Below, one piece after another: positions 47,493-57,612 of a DNA stretch of 64,000 bases. This stretch comes from Trueperaceae bacterium (lineage in GTDB: Bacteria; Deinococcota; Deinococci; Deinococcales; Trueperaceae), in contig OZ243913.1 of the NCBI GenBank assembly GCA_965213705.1, positions 512,001-576,000 of the forward strand, read 5' to 3'. The notes below the pieces were generated by a model. The model saw nothing but the letters and a program-made list of their open reading frames with translations. It ran no database searches and had not been told where the DNA came from. Position 1 is the stretch's first letter. Every line of letters starts with the position of its first letter. A program made the translations under genes and the position numbers.

Positions 47493-48098
47493 CTAGCTCT
47501 TAGTGTCTTCGTCCTCGTCGTTTGCTGCTAAGTCCTCGGCAAGGTCGTCCATCTTCTTAAACCCGCTCGTGTCGACGTCGTAGTCGACCGGCTCGGCGTC
47601 GTCAGCCCGTGTCTCGACCACGCGCTCGCTGCCGGGCGTGTCTTGAGTGACGGGCGGGGTGGTTTGGGTTGCGGAGGCCGCGCCGGTTTCAAAGGTGTCG
47701 GCGTCGTAAGAGGACGCGGGCCGCGCGGCGATGTCGGGGTCGACGCGTACCGTCGGGGCTGGCGGCGGCGTCGTGATGCGCTCCGGGGCCACGGACGGCG
47801 TGACCGGCACCGACGGGCTCGTCGCCGGTCCGGACACCGTCGGGCTGTAAGTCGTTTTGGTGCTCGACTTCTTCTGCTGATTCGTCACCAGGCGCACAAT
47901 CAGGTAAACGATACCCGCGACGATGGCGATGGGGATGATGAACCTGAGCAGCAACCAGATAAAGCTGCCCACGAGCCGCAACAGCCAGCCCAAAAAGGTG
48001 AACACCCACCCCGCCCCCCACAGGAGCAACATACCCACGATAAGGGCGACGAGTCCGATGACGACTAATTCAAGAACCTCTTGCACTGAGCGTTTCAT
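47493..48098 (-). CDS. Hypothetical membrane protein with a Pro/Thr-rich acidic tail
   Basis: N-terminal hydrophobic helices; TATACT 6 nt before ATG. Confidence 0.7.
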   Translation of the reverse strand: MKRSVQEVLELVVIGLVALIVGMLLLWGAGWVFTFLGWLLRLVGSFIWLLLRFIIPIAIVAGIVYLIVRLVTNQQKKSSTKTTYSPTVSGPATSPSVPVTPSVAPERITTPPPAPTVRVDPDIAARPASSYDADTFETGAASATQTTPPVTQDTPGSERVVETRADDAEPVDYDVDTSGFKKMDDLAEDLAANDEDEDTKS

Positions 48099-48178
48099 GG
48101 GGCGAGTATAGCAAGTCTGAGGCGCGGGTAAGAGACCTTAAAAAAGCGCCGCTTTAAAAAGGCTGGTAAGCTTTGACG

Positions 48179-49411
48179 ATGCTCGAGACCCTTCACTTGG
48201 ACAAGATGGTTCACGGTGGCCGCGCCCTGGCCCGGTTGCGGGACGGCCGCGTCGCCCTGGTGCGGGGCGGTTTGCCGAATGAGCGGGTAGAGGCCGAACT
48301 GTTCGAGCGTAAGGGCGTGCTGCAAGGTTGGGTCACCGAAGTTTTAGAGGCAAGTCCCGACCGAGTCGAGCCGCCAAAGCACCCCGGTTTGGACTACGGC
48401 TTCGTCGCCTACCCGCGCCAGTTGGCGCTTAAACGCGAGGTTGTTGCGGACGCGCTCGAGCGCAGTTTGAAAAGAGGGGTCGAAGTGCCCCAGGTTCGGC
48501 CCGCGCCGCAACCCTGGCACTACCGGAGCGCGGTGCAGCCCGTCGCGGTGCGCGCAGGGCTCGGCTACCGCCTGCCGGAGAGCCACGAGGTCGTGTTGCT
48601 GGCGCGCGACCCCGTCGCCAACCCCGCCATCGACGTGGTGTGGAAGCGTTGGCCGGATTTGGACGCGCCCAAAGGCGTGCGCGAGGTCGTTTTTCGGGGC
48701 AACGACCGGGGCGAGGTGTTGGCCTCGCTGGTCGCGACGACCTCGGCCAAAAACCTCGTCTCGTTTGCTCACGAACTGCTGAACGTCGGCGTCGTCGGCG
48801 TGAGTTACGCGCCCTTCGACGCGCGCGGCCGTTTTCGGCAAGGCAGCGAGAAGTTGGCCGGCGAAAAGACGATTTTGCAAAACTACGGGTCTTTCACCGT
48901 CAGCGTGAGTGCGACCAACTTCGCCCAGCCGAGCCCTGCGGCGGCCTCGCAAGTTTACAAAGCCCTGGTCGACCTCGCGCCGGGGGGCAAACTCGCCCTC
49001 GACCTGTACGCGGGCAGCGGCATCATCGGGATGCACCTGCTGAGCAAGTACGAGCGCGTCGTCGCCCTCGAGATAGACCGGGGCAGCGTCGTCCGGGGAA
49101 AAAGGGACGCTGAAAGATTGGGGTTGACGGGCATAGAGTTCGTCAAAGCCGACGCCAAACAGGTCGAGATTCCGCCGAACACCGACCTCATTATTGTAGA
49201 CCCACCGAGGGCGGGCCTGAACAAAGACCTGCGCGAAACTTTGACGCAGTCTGGTGTCAAACGGCTCATTTATGTCTCCTGCGACGTGGCGACTTGGGCG
49301 CGCGATGTGGCCGACTTTGAAGAAAAAGGCTGGCGTTTGGAAAGGTTCGAGCCGTTCGACTTTTATCCGCACACCCACCACATCGAACTGTTGTCGAAGC
49401 TGGTGCGGTAA
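48179..49411 (+). CDS. TRAM-domain RNA m5U methyltransferase (RlmD/TrmA family)
   Basis: 'DLYAGSG', 'VDPPRAGL', 'YVSCD', 'FDFYPHTHHIE'. Confidence 0.92.
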   Translation: MLETLHLDKMVHGGRALARLRDGRVALVRGGLPNERVEAELFERKGVLQGWVTEVLEASPDRVEPPKHPGLDYGFVAYPRQLALKREVVADALERSLKRGVEVPQVRPAPQPWHYRSAVQPVAVRAGLGYRLPESHEVVLLARDPVANPAIDVVWKRWPDLDAPKGVREVVFRGNDRGEVLASLVATTSAKNLVSFAHELLNVGVVGVSYAPFDARGRFRQGSEKLAGEKTILQNYGSFTVSVSATNFAQPSPAAASQVYKALVDLAPGGKLALDLYAGSGIIGMHLLSKYERVVALEIDRGSVVRGKRDAERLGLTGIEFVKADAKQVEIPPNTDLIIVDPPRAGLNKDLRETLTQSGVKRLIYVSCDVATWARDVADFEEKGWRLERFEPFDFYPHTHHIELLSKLVR

Positions 49412-49480
49412 CGAATCGTGCGGTTTCGTAGAGGTACAAACCCGCCCTTTTGGCGTCGGTGGTTCTATACTGAAAGGCCC

Positions 49481-50476
49481 ATGAACCGCTACGACGACCG
49501 CGCCCGGTTGGTGTTCCACTTCGCCCGCGAAGAAGGCTCGAGGCTCGGGCACGCGATGATCGGCCCCGAACACCTGTTGCTGGGACTCATGCGCGAAGGC
49601 GGCACCGCCAGCAAGGTGCTGGGTGACTTCGGCGTCACGCTCGAGGACACGCGCCGCCACGTTTTAGAACTGCTGGGCCGCGGCGAGGGCCTACCGCGGA
49701 ACGAAACCGCCTCGATTACCCCGCGCACCCGCCGCGTGATGGAACTCGCCGGCAGCGAGGCGCGCAGTCTCGGGAGCAGCGTTATCGCCACCGAGCACAT
49801 CTTGCTCGGCATCATCCGCGAGGGTGACGGCGTCGCTTACCGCATCTTGCAGCAACTTACCCGCGACCCGGACACGGTGCGCTGGCGCATCCTAAGCATG
49901 TCCGAGCACAGTCGAGAACCTGAAGCGAGTGACCGGACACTGCGCCTGGGCCGTATAGAAGACCACTTTTTAAGGCTCGAGCACAACTTTTTGCAATTGC
50001 GTGAAGAACTGACCCTGCTCAGACAACTCGCCACGACGCAAGGTTGGGCCAACCCCGCACGACATCCGAAACCCAAAACCCTCTACTACGGCGTCAAGTA
50101 TTTCGAAGACGGGCTCAACAACGCGGTGACCAAACGGCGGCTCGAGGCGCTCGAGGCCCTGGGCTTTACAACCCGCTGCGCCCTGCGCGATTTGGAAGAC
50201 TGGGGCACGGTCACGCTCGAGCCCGCCGAACTCATGAGGCTCGCCTTCGACCTTATCGACGGAAGTGACCTGATTCTTTTAGACCTCACCGAAAAAGGCG
50301 TCGGCCTCGGCATCGAAGCGGGCTACGCGCACGCGCTCGGTAAGCCCGTCGTCACCGTCGCCGAGCAGGGCGCAGACCTGTCGACGACGCTGCAGGGCAT
50401 CTCCGAGCGAATCCATCTTTACAAAGACGAAGACGATTTAGCCGCGTTTTTCTCGAGCCTCCGAAACACCCCTTAA
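49481..50476 (+). CDS. Clp-N (double Clp repeat) domain fused to a nucleoside 2-deoxyribosyltransferase-like domain
   Basis: '[12 protein letters not shown]...EHLLLGL...[11 protein letters not shown]...TEHILLGI', then '[32 protein letters not shown]'. Confidence 0.8.
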   Translation: MNRYDDRARLVFHFAREEGSRLGHAMIGPEHLLLGLMREGGTASKVLGDFGVTLEDTRRHVLELLGRGEGLPRNETASITPRTRRVMELAGSEARSLGSSVIATEHILLGIIREGDGVAYRILQQLTRDPDTVRWRILSMSEHSREPEASDRTLRLGRIEDHFLRLEHNFLQLREELTLLRQLATTQGWANPARHPKPKTLYYGVKYFEDGLNNAVTKRRLEALEALGFTTRCALRDLEDWGTVTLEPAELMRLAFDLIDGSDLILLDLTEKGVGLGIEAGYAHALGKPVVTVAEQGADLSTTLQGISERIHLYKDEDDLAAFFSSLRNTP

Positions 50477-50492
50477 CTGCTATGCTTTGAAG

Positions 50493-51272
50493 GTGTTAGC
50501 CAAACGCATCATCCCCTGCCTGGACGTTCACAACGGCCGCACCACCCGCGGCCAGCAGTTCGGCCGCGCTGAACGGGGCGAGCTGAACGACATAGGCGAC
50601 CCGGTCGAACTCGCGCTGCTCTACAACGAGCAGCGCGCGGACGAACTCGTCTTTTACGACATCACCGCGACGAGTGAAGGACGGGCTTCGATGCTCGAGG
50701 TGGCGACGCGCGTCGCAGAGCAGTGTTTCATGCCGTTGACCGTCGGCGGCGGCGTGCGCACGCTCGAGGACTTTCGCGCCCTCTTTTTGGCCGGAGCGGA
50801 CAAAGTTTCCATCAACTCGGGCGCGGTCGCCCATCCGCAGGTCGTTCGTGAGGCGTCCGACCACTACGGCGCGCAGGCGGTGGTCTTTTCCATCGACTTC
50901 AAAACCCGCGCGGACGGTTTGGGCTGGGACGTGTACGTCGCCGGGGGACGCAAGAACACGGGGCTGGACTTGCTCGAGTGGGCCGTCCGGGGCCAAGAAC
51001 TGGGCGCGGGTGAACTCGTCCTGAACAGCATCGACGCCGACGGCATGAAAACGGGCTACGACCTAGCCCCGACGCGGGCGGTGGCGCGGATGGTCGACAT
51101 CCCCGTCATCGCCTCCGGCGGCGCGGGCCGGGCCGAACACCTGCGCGACGTGCTGGTGCAGGGCGAGGCCGACGCGGCCCTCGCCGCCGGGATTTTTCAC
51201 AGCGGGCAGACGACGGTAGGGGAGGTCAAGAACGTTCTGGCTGCGGCGGGGGTTCACGTGCGGTTGGTTTGA
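50493..51272 (+). CDS. hisF: Imidazole glycerol phosphate synthase subunit HisF
   Basis: '[11 protein letters not shown]', 'GDPVELA', '[11 protein letters not shown]', 'SIDADG', 'IASGGAG'; TATGCT 6 nt before GTG 50493. Confidence 0.96.
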   Translation: MLAKRIIPCLDVHNGRTTRGQQFGRAERGELNDIGDPVELALLYNEQRADELVFYDITATSEGRASMLEVATRVAEQCFMPLTVGGGVRTLEDFRALFLAGADKVSINSGAVAHPQVVREASDHYGAQAVVFSIDFKTRADGLGWDVYVAGGRKNTGLDLLEWAVRGQELGAGELVLNSIDADGMKTGYDLAPTRAVARMVDIPVIASGGAGRAEHLRDVLVQGEADAALAAGIFHSGQTTVGEVKNVLAAAGVHVRLV

Positions 51273-51354
51273 AGGAATGAGGCTCGAGCGCTTCACTCTT
51301 TTGTTTGTTGCTCAAAATCAACTCGGTTAGCGTGTGCCAACTCAAGTCACGCGG

Positions 51355-51708
51355 TTAAAGCTTGGAGCGAATGCGTACCGAACTGTGCGAGACAACCGTG
51401 AAAGCATTTGTCATGTCGGCACCGTGCGCCTGAACAGTCTCGCTGACAATTTTTGCCTTCAACTCAGGACTTAAACCGTAAAGCCTGAGCAAAACCACAC
51501 CTCTGTGAATGCGCCCAAGCCGAAACACCAGTTCACCAAAATCTTTATCTGCCGTCAGAAGCAACGCCTGCTCAGCATTCGCCCTATCTAAAACTTCATC
51601 ATCGGTTATACCGGGGGACATCTCGACGACATAAAGAACCTTGTGGTTTTCGTCTCTCAACTTTTCAACAACGGCACTGTCTACACCCTCGTCAGCGACA
51701 AAGGTCAC
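51355..51708 (-). CDS. DUF5615 PIN-like toxin
   Basis: 'FVADE', 'DDEVL', 'LLTADKDFGEL', 'GVVLLR'. Confidence 0.88.
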   Translation of the reverse strand: MTFVADEGVDSAVVEKLRDENHKVLYVVEMSPGITDDEVLDRANAEQALLLTADKDFGELVFRLGRIHRGVVLLRLYGLSPELKAKIVSETVQAHGADMTNAFTVVSHSSVRIRSKL

Positions 51709-51950
51709 GCGGCCTTGCCCGGCGCGGGGTAAATCACGTCGGCACGAAGCGCCTGAGCAGCGAACGCCAAGGCCGCGTCGACGGCTTCTCGGGTCAGCCT
51801 GGGATGGGCGGAAAGAAGCTGTTCCCTCGTTTCACCGCTGGCGAGCTTTTCTAAAATGGACTCTACCGTAATGCGCGTACCCGCTATGACAGGTTTGCCC
51901 ATCATGATGTTTGGGTCTGATTGGACGAGAGACACTGTTGATTCGTTCAT
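51705..51950 (-). CDS. DUF433 antitoxin
   Basis: 'DPNIMMGKPVIAGTRITVE.IL..LA.G...HP.LT'. Confidence 0.92.
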   Translation of the reverse strand: MNESTVSLVQSDPNIMMGKPVIAGTRITVESILEKLASGETREQLLSAHPRLTREAVDAALAFAAQALRADVIYPAPGKAA

Positions 51951-51995
51951 CTTGATACCATCCTACACGAGTAAGGGAAGTTGTATAAAGGCCTA

Positions 51996-52849
51996 GAGCG
52001 TGTTATGAACTAGCCGGAAGAGTTAAAAAAGGGGCTAAGCGTTTAAGCATGAGCATAGAGAAAGCTAAGAAATGCAGCCCAGCAAGGGTTTCAGGCAGTC
52101 GTTCATAGTCACGGGCTAAGCGCCTGAGTCGGGATGTCCAGGCAAAGGAACGCTCTACGACCCAGCGTCTGGGTAGCAAAACGAAGCCTTTCTTAGCTTC
52201 TTCGTGTTTAACAACGAAGAGCCGAATGCCTTGGCTTTTAGCCGCCTCGGCTGCGTCGTCACCTGTGTAGCCCTGGTCTACAAACGCAACCTCGACGGAT
52301 TCTCCAGTTATGGTTTGAACTTGCTCGGCAAGCGCTTCAACCTGATGGCGTTCTTGTTCGTTTGCAGGTGTAACGACAAGGGCTAAGAGTAGACCCAAGG
52401 TATCGACTGCCAGATGGACTTTAGAGCCTTTCTTACGCTTGTGTCCGTCATAGCCCGCACGTTCGCCACTCTCAGGCGTACTTTGTAAGGTGCGTCCATC
52501 AAACACCGTCGCTGTTGGGTTTTCTCCTCGTCCTTTCAGCCGTCTCAGCAGGCTTCGTAGGTCGTGGGTCATCTCCTCGAACACGCCTGCTTTTAACCAC
52601 CTTTGGCTTTGCTGATATACCGCTTCCCAAGGTGGGAAGTCACCAGGTAAATAGCGCCAAGGTGAGCCTGAGCGAACCATCCATCTCAAAGCATCAAACA
52701 CCTCTCGTAGGTCATAACTTCGTTGTGGGGCGTCTTCTCTGATTAAGCTCAAGTACGGTGCTACAAAAGCCCATTCTTCATCGCCGACATCACTCGGATA
52801 ACCTTTCCTTGTCATTCTTTAGTTTAGCGATTGAGTTCATAACACCCTC
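51996..52849. mobile_element. Complete IS5-family insertion sequence (854 bp)
   Basis: 16-bp terminal inverted repeats gagcgtgttatgaact / agttcataacaccctc (1 mismatch), each flanked by TA; lower GC than flanks. Confidence 0.92.
52003..52815 (-). CDS. IS5 family transposase (single ORF, IS1031-like)
   Basis: 'YPSD...EEW', '[10 protein letters not shown]', '[18 protein letters not shown]', 'DQGY', '[19 protein letters not shown]'. Confidence 0.95.
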   Translation of the reverse strand: MTRKGYPSDVGDEEWAFVAPYLSLIREDAPQRSYDLREVFDALRWMVRSGSPWRYLPGDFPPWEAVYQQSQRWLKAGVFEEMTHDLRSLLRRLKGRGENPTATVFDGRTLQSTPESGERAGYDGHKRKKGSKVHLAVDTLGLLLALVVTPANEQERHQVEALAEQVQTITGESVEVAFVDQGYTGDDAAEAAKSQGIRLFVVKHEEAKKGFVLLPRRWVVERSFAWTSRLRRLARDYERLPETLAGLHFLAFSMLMLKRLAPFLTLPASS

Positions 52850-52940
52850 TAAGTTTAGGGCTCGAGCTTACCGAAGTCCGGGCAGACGTTTAGCGGCTGA
52901 GTTTGCATCCCTCGCAGTAAACGAAAAACCCATTCACGCT

Positions 52941-53327
52941 TTAGCTCGAGGGGGGATGTAAGCTGAGGTTGGCAACACCCTCAAAATCAGAAACGTTGAA
53001 AGTGACGAGCGTGATGTCGTGAACGAGTGCAGTCGCAGCGATGATGGCGTCGGGAACGAGCACGGGACGGTTGACCTTTTTGCCCTGAGCGATAATTTCG
53101 CCGGCTTTATCGGCAACTGAGCTGTCCAGGTCGAGGTTTACAAAGCGTGACAGCAGTTTTTGCGTGACGGCTTGTTCGCTTTCATGCGCGCCCGCCCTGA
53201 CCTCGAGCCCGGTCACCGTAACGATACAAAGGCGGTTGGTTTTTCCCAAACCGCGCAGCAACTGTACGGCGCTTTTTTGCCTCTGCAGATGGCGTATGAG
53301 CAGGCCCGTATCGAGCAAATAGCGCAA
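52941..53327 (-). CDS. vapC: PIN-domain VapC toxin
   Basis: 'YLLDT', 'E...G', 'PDAIIAATA', 'LVTFN..DF'. Confidence 0.9.
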   Translation of the reverse strand: MRYLLDTGLLIRHLQRQKSAVQLLRGLGKTNRLCIVTVTGLEVRAGAHESEQAVTQKLLSRFVNLDLDSSVADKAGEIIAQGKKVNRPVLVPDAIIAATALVHDITLVTFNVSDFEGVANLSLHPPSS

Positions 53328-53335
53328 GATTATTT

Positions 53336-53578
53336 TCAGTTCTGGCGGGATTTTTTAAGCCACTCGTCTATGCCCCGGTCGTCTTGCAACGTAGGATGGT
53401 TTTCTAAAGACCACGTCCCCGCCGTCTCTTCCAAGGCTGAAGCTTGCTCGAGGAGGTCGAGGTGTTCTTCGATAGCTTGGGTAATAAAGAGGCTGCGCTT
53501 CCGACCGGGCACCGTCCGGTTCAAACGCTCGAGCAGCCTTGTGGACAACGTCATTGTGACTTTTTTATGTAAAGACAT
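53336..53578 (-). CDS. Ribbon-helix-helix antitoxin (VapB-like)
   Basis: 'KVTMTL...LERL...RSLFITQAIEEHL...AGTW'; AGGAGG SD; directly upstream of vapC. Confidence 0.8.
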   Translation of the reverse strand: MSLHKKVTMTLSTRLLERLNRTVPGRKRSLFITQAIEEHLDLLEQASALEETAGTWSLENHPTLQDDRGIDEWLKKSRQN

Positions 53579-53663
53579 CCGGCAAGACCTCCTGTCAGCC
53601 ATCCAGTTTACTGTATGTCGGTCTAAAGTTGGTAGAACAACAAAAGTTGCCGTTTAAGCTTTA

Positions 53664-55358
53664 TTATCCCACCGCCGCCAACCAGTGGAACCCGTAGGGC
53701 GGCAAAACGACGCTGTTGTCGCGGCAAGTTAGGGGGCGCTCGAGCATGTCGAAGTCCGGGCAGACCGTCAGCGGCTTGGGCAGAGGAACGCTCATTTCCT
53801 CACTGGAAAGATTCGCCAGCACCACAACTTCTTGACTGCCGAAGCTGCGCAAGTAGGCCAAAACTGCGGGATTGCCGACCTCCAAAAAGCTCAAACTGCC
53901 GCGCGAAAAGGCAAGGTAGTTGCGGCGGTTGCGGAGCATTTGCCGGAGCGGGTAAAAAATCTTTGCAGTGAGGCTGTCCGAGTCTTGCAAATCGCGCTCG
54001 GCCTGTTCCCAGTCGATAGGGCCACGAACGAGGTAACGCGAGTCCTGGTAGCCACTCTGCTCGACCATTTTGTCGTAATAGGCGCGGTCGTTTCCCTTGG
54101 CGAGTTCGTCGCCGTAGTAGACCACGGGCGTACCGACTAGGGTGAGTAAAATCGCGTTGAGCAGGTTGATTTGGCGTGGGTCTTCTTTGAGGAGCGTTGC
54201 CAAGCGTGCCGAGACGCCCTCGCCCTCGCGGAAGTCCCAGAGCGGGTCTTGAACGTAGTGGTCGTAAATCGAGGCACGTTCTTCGCGCGTGACCATCTCG
54301 AGCGTCAACTCGTCGTGACAGCGCAAAAACGAGACCCACTGGCAGTTCTCGGGAATCGGCGGGGTAAAGCTCGGTTGGAGCGTGTCTTGAATCGCCGTGG
54401 CATTCCCTTCGGCGAGGGCGCGGTAGATGCGCGGCATGAGCGGGAAGTGATAGGCGGCCAAGCACTCGTCGCCGTCACCGAAATACTTGGCGACTTCCAA
54501 CGGCGGCTGGTTCGCTTCGGCGAGTAAAATGCTGCCGGGGCGCAGATAATCCATCGCCGCGCGGAAGATTTTGACGATTGCATGCGTTTTGGGCAGGTTT
54601 TCGCAGTTCGTACCGGCCTCTTTCCAGAGGTAGGGAATCGCGTCGGCGCGAAAGCCGTCCACGCCGCGCACCAGCCAGCGCATGAGCATCAGCGTCATTT
54701 CAACAAGCACGTCGGGGTTGCGGTAGTTCAGGTCGGGCTGGATGTCGAAAAAGCGGTGGAAGTAAAACTGGTCGCCGTGAATCGTCCAGTTGCTGTCCAT
54801 CATGCCTTTGAAGATAACTCGAGCCTCTTTGTAAAGCTCGTTGCTGTCGCTCCAGATGTAATAATCGCGGTGCTCCGAGGTTTTGTCGTCTTTCGAAGAC
54901 GCGAACCACTCGTGCTCCTCGGAACTGTGGTTGAGGGCGATGTCGAACAGGATGTAAATGCCGCGCGCGTGCGCCGCCTCGACGAATGCGTCGAAGACCT
55001 CGCGCGTGCTCTTTTCCGTGGACGTAACGAGGTCGTCGCGCACCTTCGTGTAGTCGCGGATGTCGAAGCCCGCGTCGCGCATGGGCGAGTCGAGAATCGG
55101 CAGCAGCCACAGCGCGGTGACGCCCAAGTCTTGCAGGTACTCGAGCTTGTCTGTCAGCCCTTCGAAACTCTCGTTGAACAGGTCGACGTAGAGCGAGTAA
55201 ACGACCACGTCCTTGTACCACTCGGCGGGCAGCGCGGGCAGGGTGTGCTCGGTTTTGAGGGTTTTGAGTTCGTTCAGGAAGGGCTCGAGCTTGTCTTCGT
55301 ACCCTCCGTCGTAAAGTTCCGTCCATAAGCTGCGAATGCGCTCCAGGGGTTCGTTCAT
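53664..55358 (-). CDS. GH13 alpha-amylase family, trehalose synthase (TreS)-like
   Basis: 'LGVTALWLLP', 'NHSS', 'QPDLNY', 'GFRADAIPYL', 'LAEANQ', 'LRCHDELTLEMV'. Confidence 0.85.
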   Translation of the reverse strand: MNEPLERIRSLWTELYDGGYEDKLEPFLNELKTLKTEHTLPALPAEWYKDVVVYSLYVDLFNESFEGLTDKLEYLQDLGVTALWLLPILDSPMRDAGFDIRDYTKVRDDLVTSTEKSTREVFDAFVEAAHARGIYILFDIALNHSSEEHEWFASSKDDKTSEHRDYYIWSDSNELYKEARVIFKGMMDSNWTIHGDQFYFHRFFDIQPDLNYRNPDVLVEMTLMLMRWLVRGVDGFRADAIPYLWKEAGTNCENLPKTHAIVKIFRAAMDYLRPGSILLAEANQPPLEVAKYFGDGDECLAAYHFPLMPRIYRALAEGNATAIQDTLQPSFTPPIPENCQWVSFLRCHDELTLEMVTREERASIYDHYVQDPLWDFREGEGVSARLATLLKEDPRQINLLNAILLTLVGTPVVYYGDELAKGNDRAYYDKMVEQSGYQDSRYLVRGPIDWEQAERDLQDSDSLTAKIFYPLRQMLRNRRNYLAFSRGSLSFLEVGNPAVLAYLRSFGSQEVVVLANLSSEEMSVPLPKPLTVCPDFDMLERPLTCRDNSVVLPPYGFHWLAAVG

Positions 55359-55420
55359 GTCTTTATCTTCTCACGATTCGGTGGGGCGTGCGGCGGGGCA
55401 TCGTGATACGCTCTCAAGCT

Positions 55421-56566
55421 ATGAAAGAGGACGCCAAGCTCGAGACCCTCGCCATTCACACCGCCGCCGAGCCCGACCCGGCCACGGGCGCAGTGACCGC
55501 GCCGATTCACCTGTCCACCACCTTCGAGCGTGAGGCTGACGGCTCGTTCCCGCACGGCTACATCTACACCCGCACCGAGAACCCGAACCGGCTGGCGCTC
55601 GAGGAAATATTGAAAACTTTGGAAGACGGCGCAGCTGCCGCCGCCTTCTCGTCGGGCTCGGCGGCGGCGGGCGCGGTGTTTCGGGCGCTGCGACCCGGCG
55701 ACCACGCGGTGATTCCGGACGACATGTACCACGGGCTCCGCAAGTTGTTGAACCAGGTATTCGTACCGTGGGGGCTCGAGCTTACCCCCGTGGACATGAC
55801 CAATTTGGACGCGCTGAAAGCGGCTTTGCAACCGAACACCAAACTTGTCTGGATTGAAACGCCGTCCAACCCCATGCTCAAAATTACCGATGTGGCTGCG
55901 GTCGCCGAGCTTGCCAGGAGCGTCCATGCGCGGGTCGCCTGCGACAACACTTGGACGCCGCCGCGGTTGCAGCCTGTTTTTGATTTGGGGGCCGACCTCG
56001 TGATGCACGCCACGACGAAGTACCTCGCCGGCCACAGCGACGTGCTCGGCGGCGCGGTCGTAGCGAGGAAAAAAGACGAGTTTTGGGAGCGTGTCACTTT
56101 TGTGCAAAAGATGGAGGGTGCCGTACCCTCGCCCTTCGACTGCTGGCTCACCCTGCGCGGCATCCGCACGCTGCCCTACCGGATGCGCGGCCACTGCGAA
56201 AACGCTTTAAGAGTCGCCGAGTTTTTAAACGAGCATTCGCAAGTAGAAAAGGTGTACCATCCCGGCCTGCCGTCTCACCAAGGCCACAGCGTTGCCAAAA
56301 AGCAAATGAACGCCTACGGTGGAATGCTCTCGTTTCAGGTCGAAGGTAGCGAGTTTGAAGCGATGCGGGTGGCGGCGGGCGTCCGGATTTTCACCCGCGC
56401 GACGAGTTTAGGCGGGGTGGAGAGTTTGCTAGAGCACCGCGCCAGCATCGAGGGACCGGATTCAATGACGCCCAAGAACTTGCTGCGGGTGTCGGTGGGC
56501 CTCGAGCACCCGGACGACCTGGTGGCAGATTTGGAGCAAGCGCTTGATAAGGTATTCAAGACTTAG
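55421..56566 (+). CDS. Cystathionine gamma-synthase/lyase family PLP enzyme
   Basis: 'YTRTENP', 'ETPSNP', 'DNT', 'HATTKYLAGHSD', 'SLGGVESL', 'RVSVGLE'. Confidence 0.92.
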   Translation: MKEDAKLETLAIHTAAEPDPATGAVTAPIHLSTTFEREADGSFPHGYIYTRTENPNRLALEEILKTLEDGAAAAAFSSGSAAAGAVFRALRPGDHAVIPDDMYHGLRKLLNQVFVPWGLELTPVDMTNLDALKAALQPNTKLVWIETPSNPMLKITDVAAVAELARSVHARVACDNTWTPPRLQPVFDLGADLVMHATTKYLAGHSDVLGGAVVARKKDEFWERVTFVQKMEGAVPSPFDCWLTLRGIRTLPYRMRGHCENALRVAEFLNEHSQVEKVYHPGLPSHQGHSVAKKQMNAYGGMLSFQVEGSEFEAMRVAAGVRIFTRATSLGGVESLLEHRASIEGPDSMTPKNLLRVSVGLEHPDDLVADLEQALDKVFKT

Positions 56567-56625
56567 CCACGCCGTAAAAGTCCACCCTTCGTACTAAAGG
56601 CATTTGTGTCGAGAAAGGCAATTCG

Positions 56626-57558
56626 GTGAACCGTACCGACCGGCTGTTGGCGATGGTGCTCGAGCTGCAAGGCCGGGACCGAGTGACCGCCACAGAACTC
56701 GCCCGCACCTTCGAGGTCACCAAGCGCACCATCTACCGCGATATTGCCGCGCTGAACGAGTCGGGCGTGCCGGTAGTATCGATGGCGGGTCAGGGCTACT
56801 GGCTTATGGAAGGTTACTTTTTACCGCCCGTGTCACTAAGCCCCGAAGAAGCGATTATGCTGACGTTAGGCAGTCAGGCGATGGCGCACAGTTTCGACGC
56901 GCAGTACCGCGCCGCTGCCCAGTCCGGCGCGCGCAAAATTGAGGCAGTGCTAAACGAGGCTGTGGCTGAAGAAGTCGCCTATTTAAAAAACAACATCCGC
57001 TTTATTCAAGCGGCGGGCGCGGCAGACACCTCGGAATTATTGCAACTGGCGCGGCGGGCGATTCTCGAGCGGCGCTGTTTACGCCTTCATTACGCTAAAC
57101 GTGTCGCTAGCGAACAAGAACTGAGCGAACGCACTGTGAACCCGCACGGGCTGGTCCACTTTAACGATACCTGGATGCTTTCCGCCTTTTGCCAGTTGCG
57201 CGGGGACATGCGCGTATTCAGGCTGAACCGCATCCAGGGTGTAAACCTGCTGGACGAAACCTTCGCGCGGCAAAAAGATTTTAGTGTCCATCATTCACAG
57301 AGATTGCAAGCGGAACCCATCACCATCGAGCTACTTTTTCAGCCCGGCATGACGCCCTGGGTCAAAGAGCGAAGCGCCTATTTCGTCCACGCTTACAAAG
57401 AAACGCCAGCGGGCTTGCAGGTCACGCTTCAGGTAGGGCGTTTTGACGAAGCCTTTGCCTGGATTCTGGGTTGGGGTAGTAGCGTCACTGTGCTAAGCCC
57501 GGAGAGTTTTAAGAAGAGGGTAAAGCAGGAACTCGAGGCTACTCTAAAAGCCTACTGA
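56626..57558 (+). CDS. YafY-type HTH-WYL-WCX transcription factor
   Basis: 'MNRTDRL', 'ELARTFEVTKRTIYRDI', 'WMLSAFCQLRGDMRVFRLNRI', 'V.SP'. Confidence 0.93.
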   Translation: MNRTDRLLAMVLELQGRDRVTATELARTFEVTKRTIYRDIAALNESGVPVVSMAGQGYWLMEGYFLPPVSLSPEEAIMLTLGSQAMAHSFDAQYRAAAQSGARKIEAVLNEAVAEEVAYLKNNIRFIQAAGAADTSELLQLARRAILERRCLRLHYAKRVASEQELSERTVNPHGLVHFNDTWMLSAFCQLRGDMRVFRLNRIQGVNLLDETFARQKDFSVHHSQRLQAEPITIELLFQPGMTPWVKERSAYFVHAYKETPAGLQVTLQVGRFDEAFAWILGWGSSVTVLSPESFKKRVKQELEATLKAY

Positions 57559-57612
57559 CACAAAAGCAGGAACGGGGAATGGAAAAAGCTTTTTCCCATT
57601 CCTCGTTCTCCC

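Noticed and set aside
49481..49920. clpC pseudogene
   Set aside because: The frame continues without a stop into a different, apparently intact domain, and no AAA+ remnants follow
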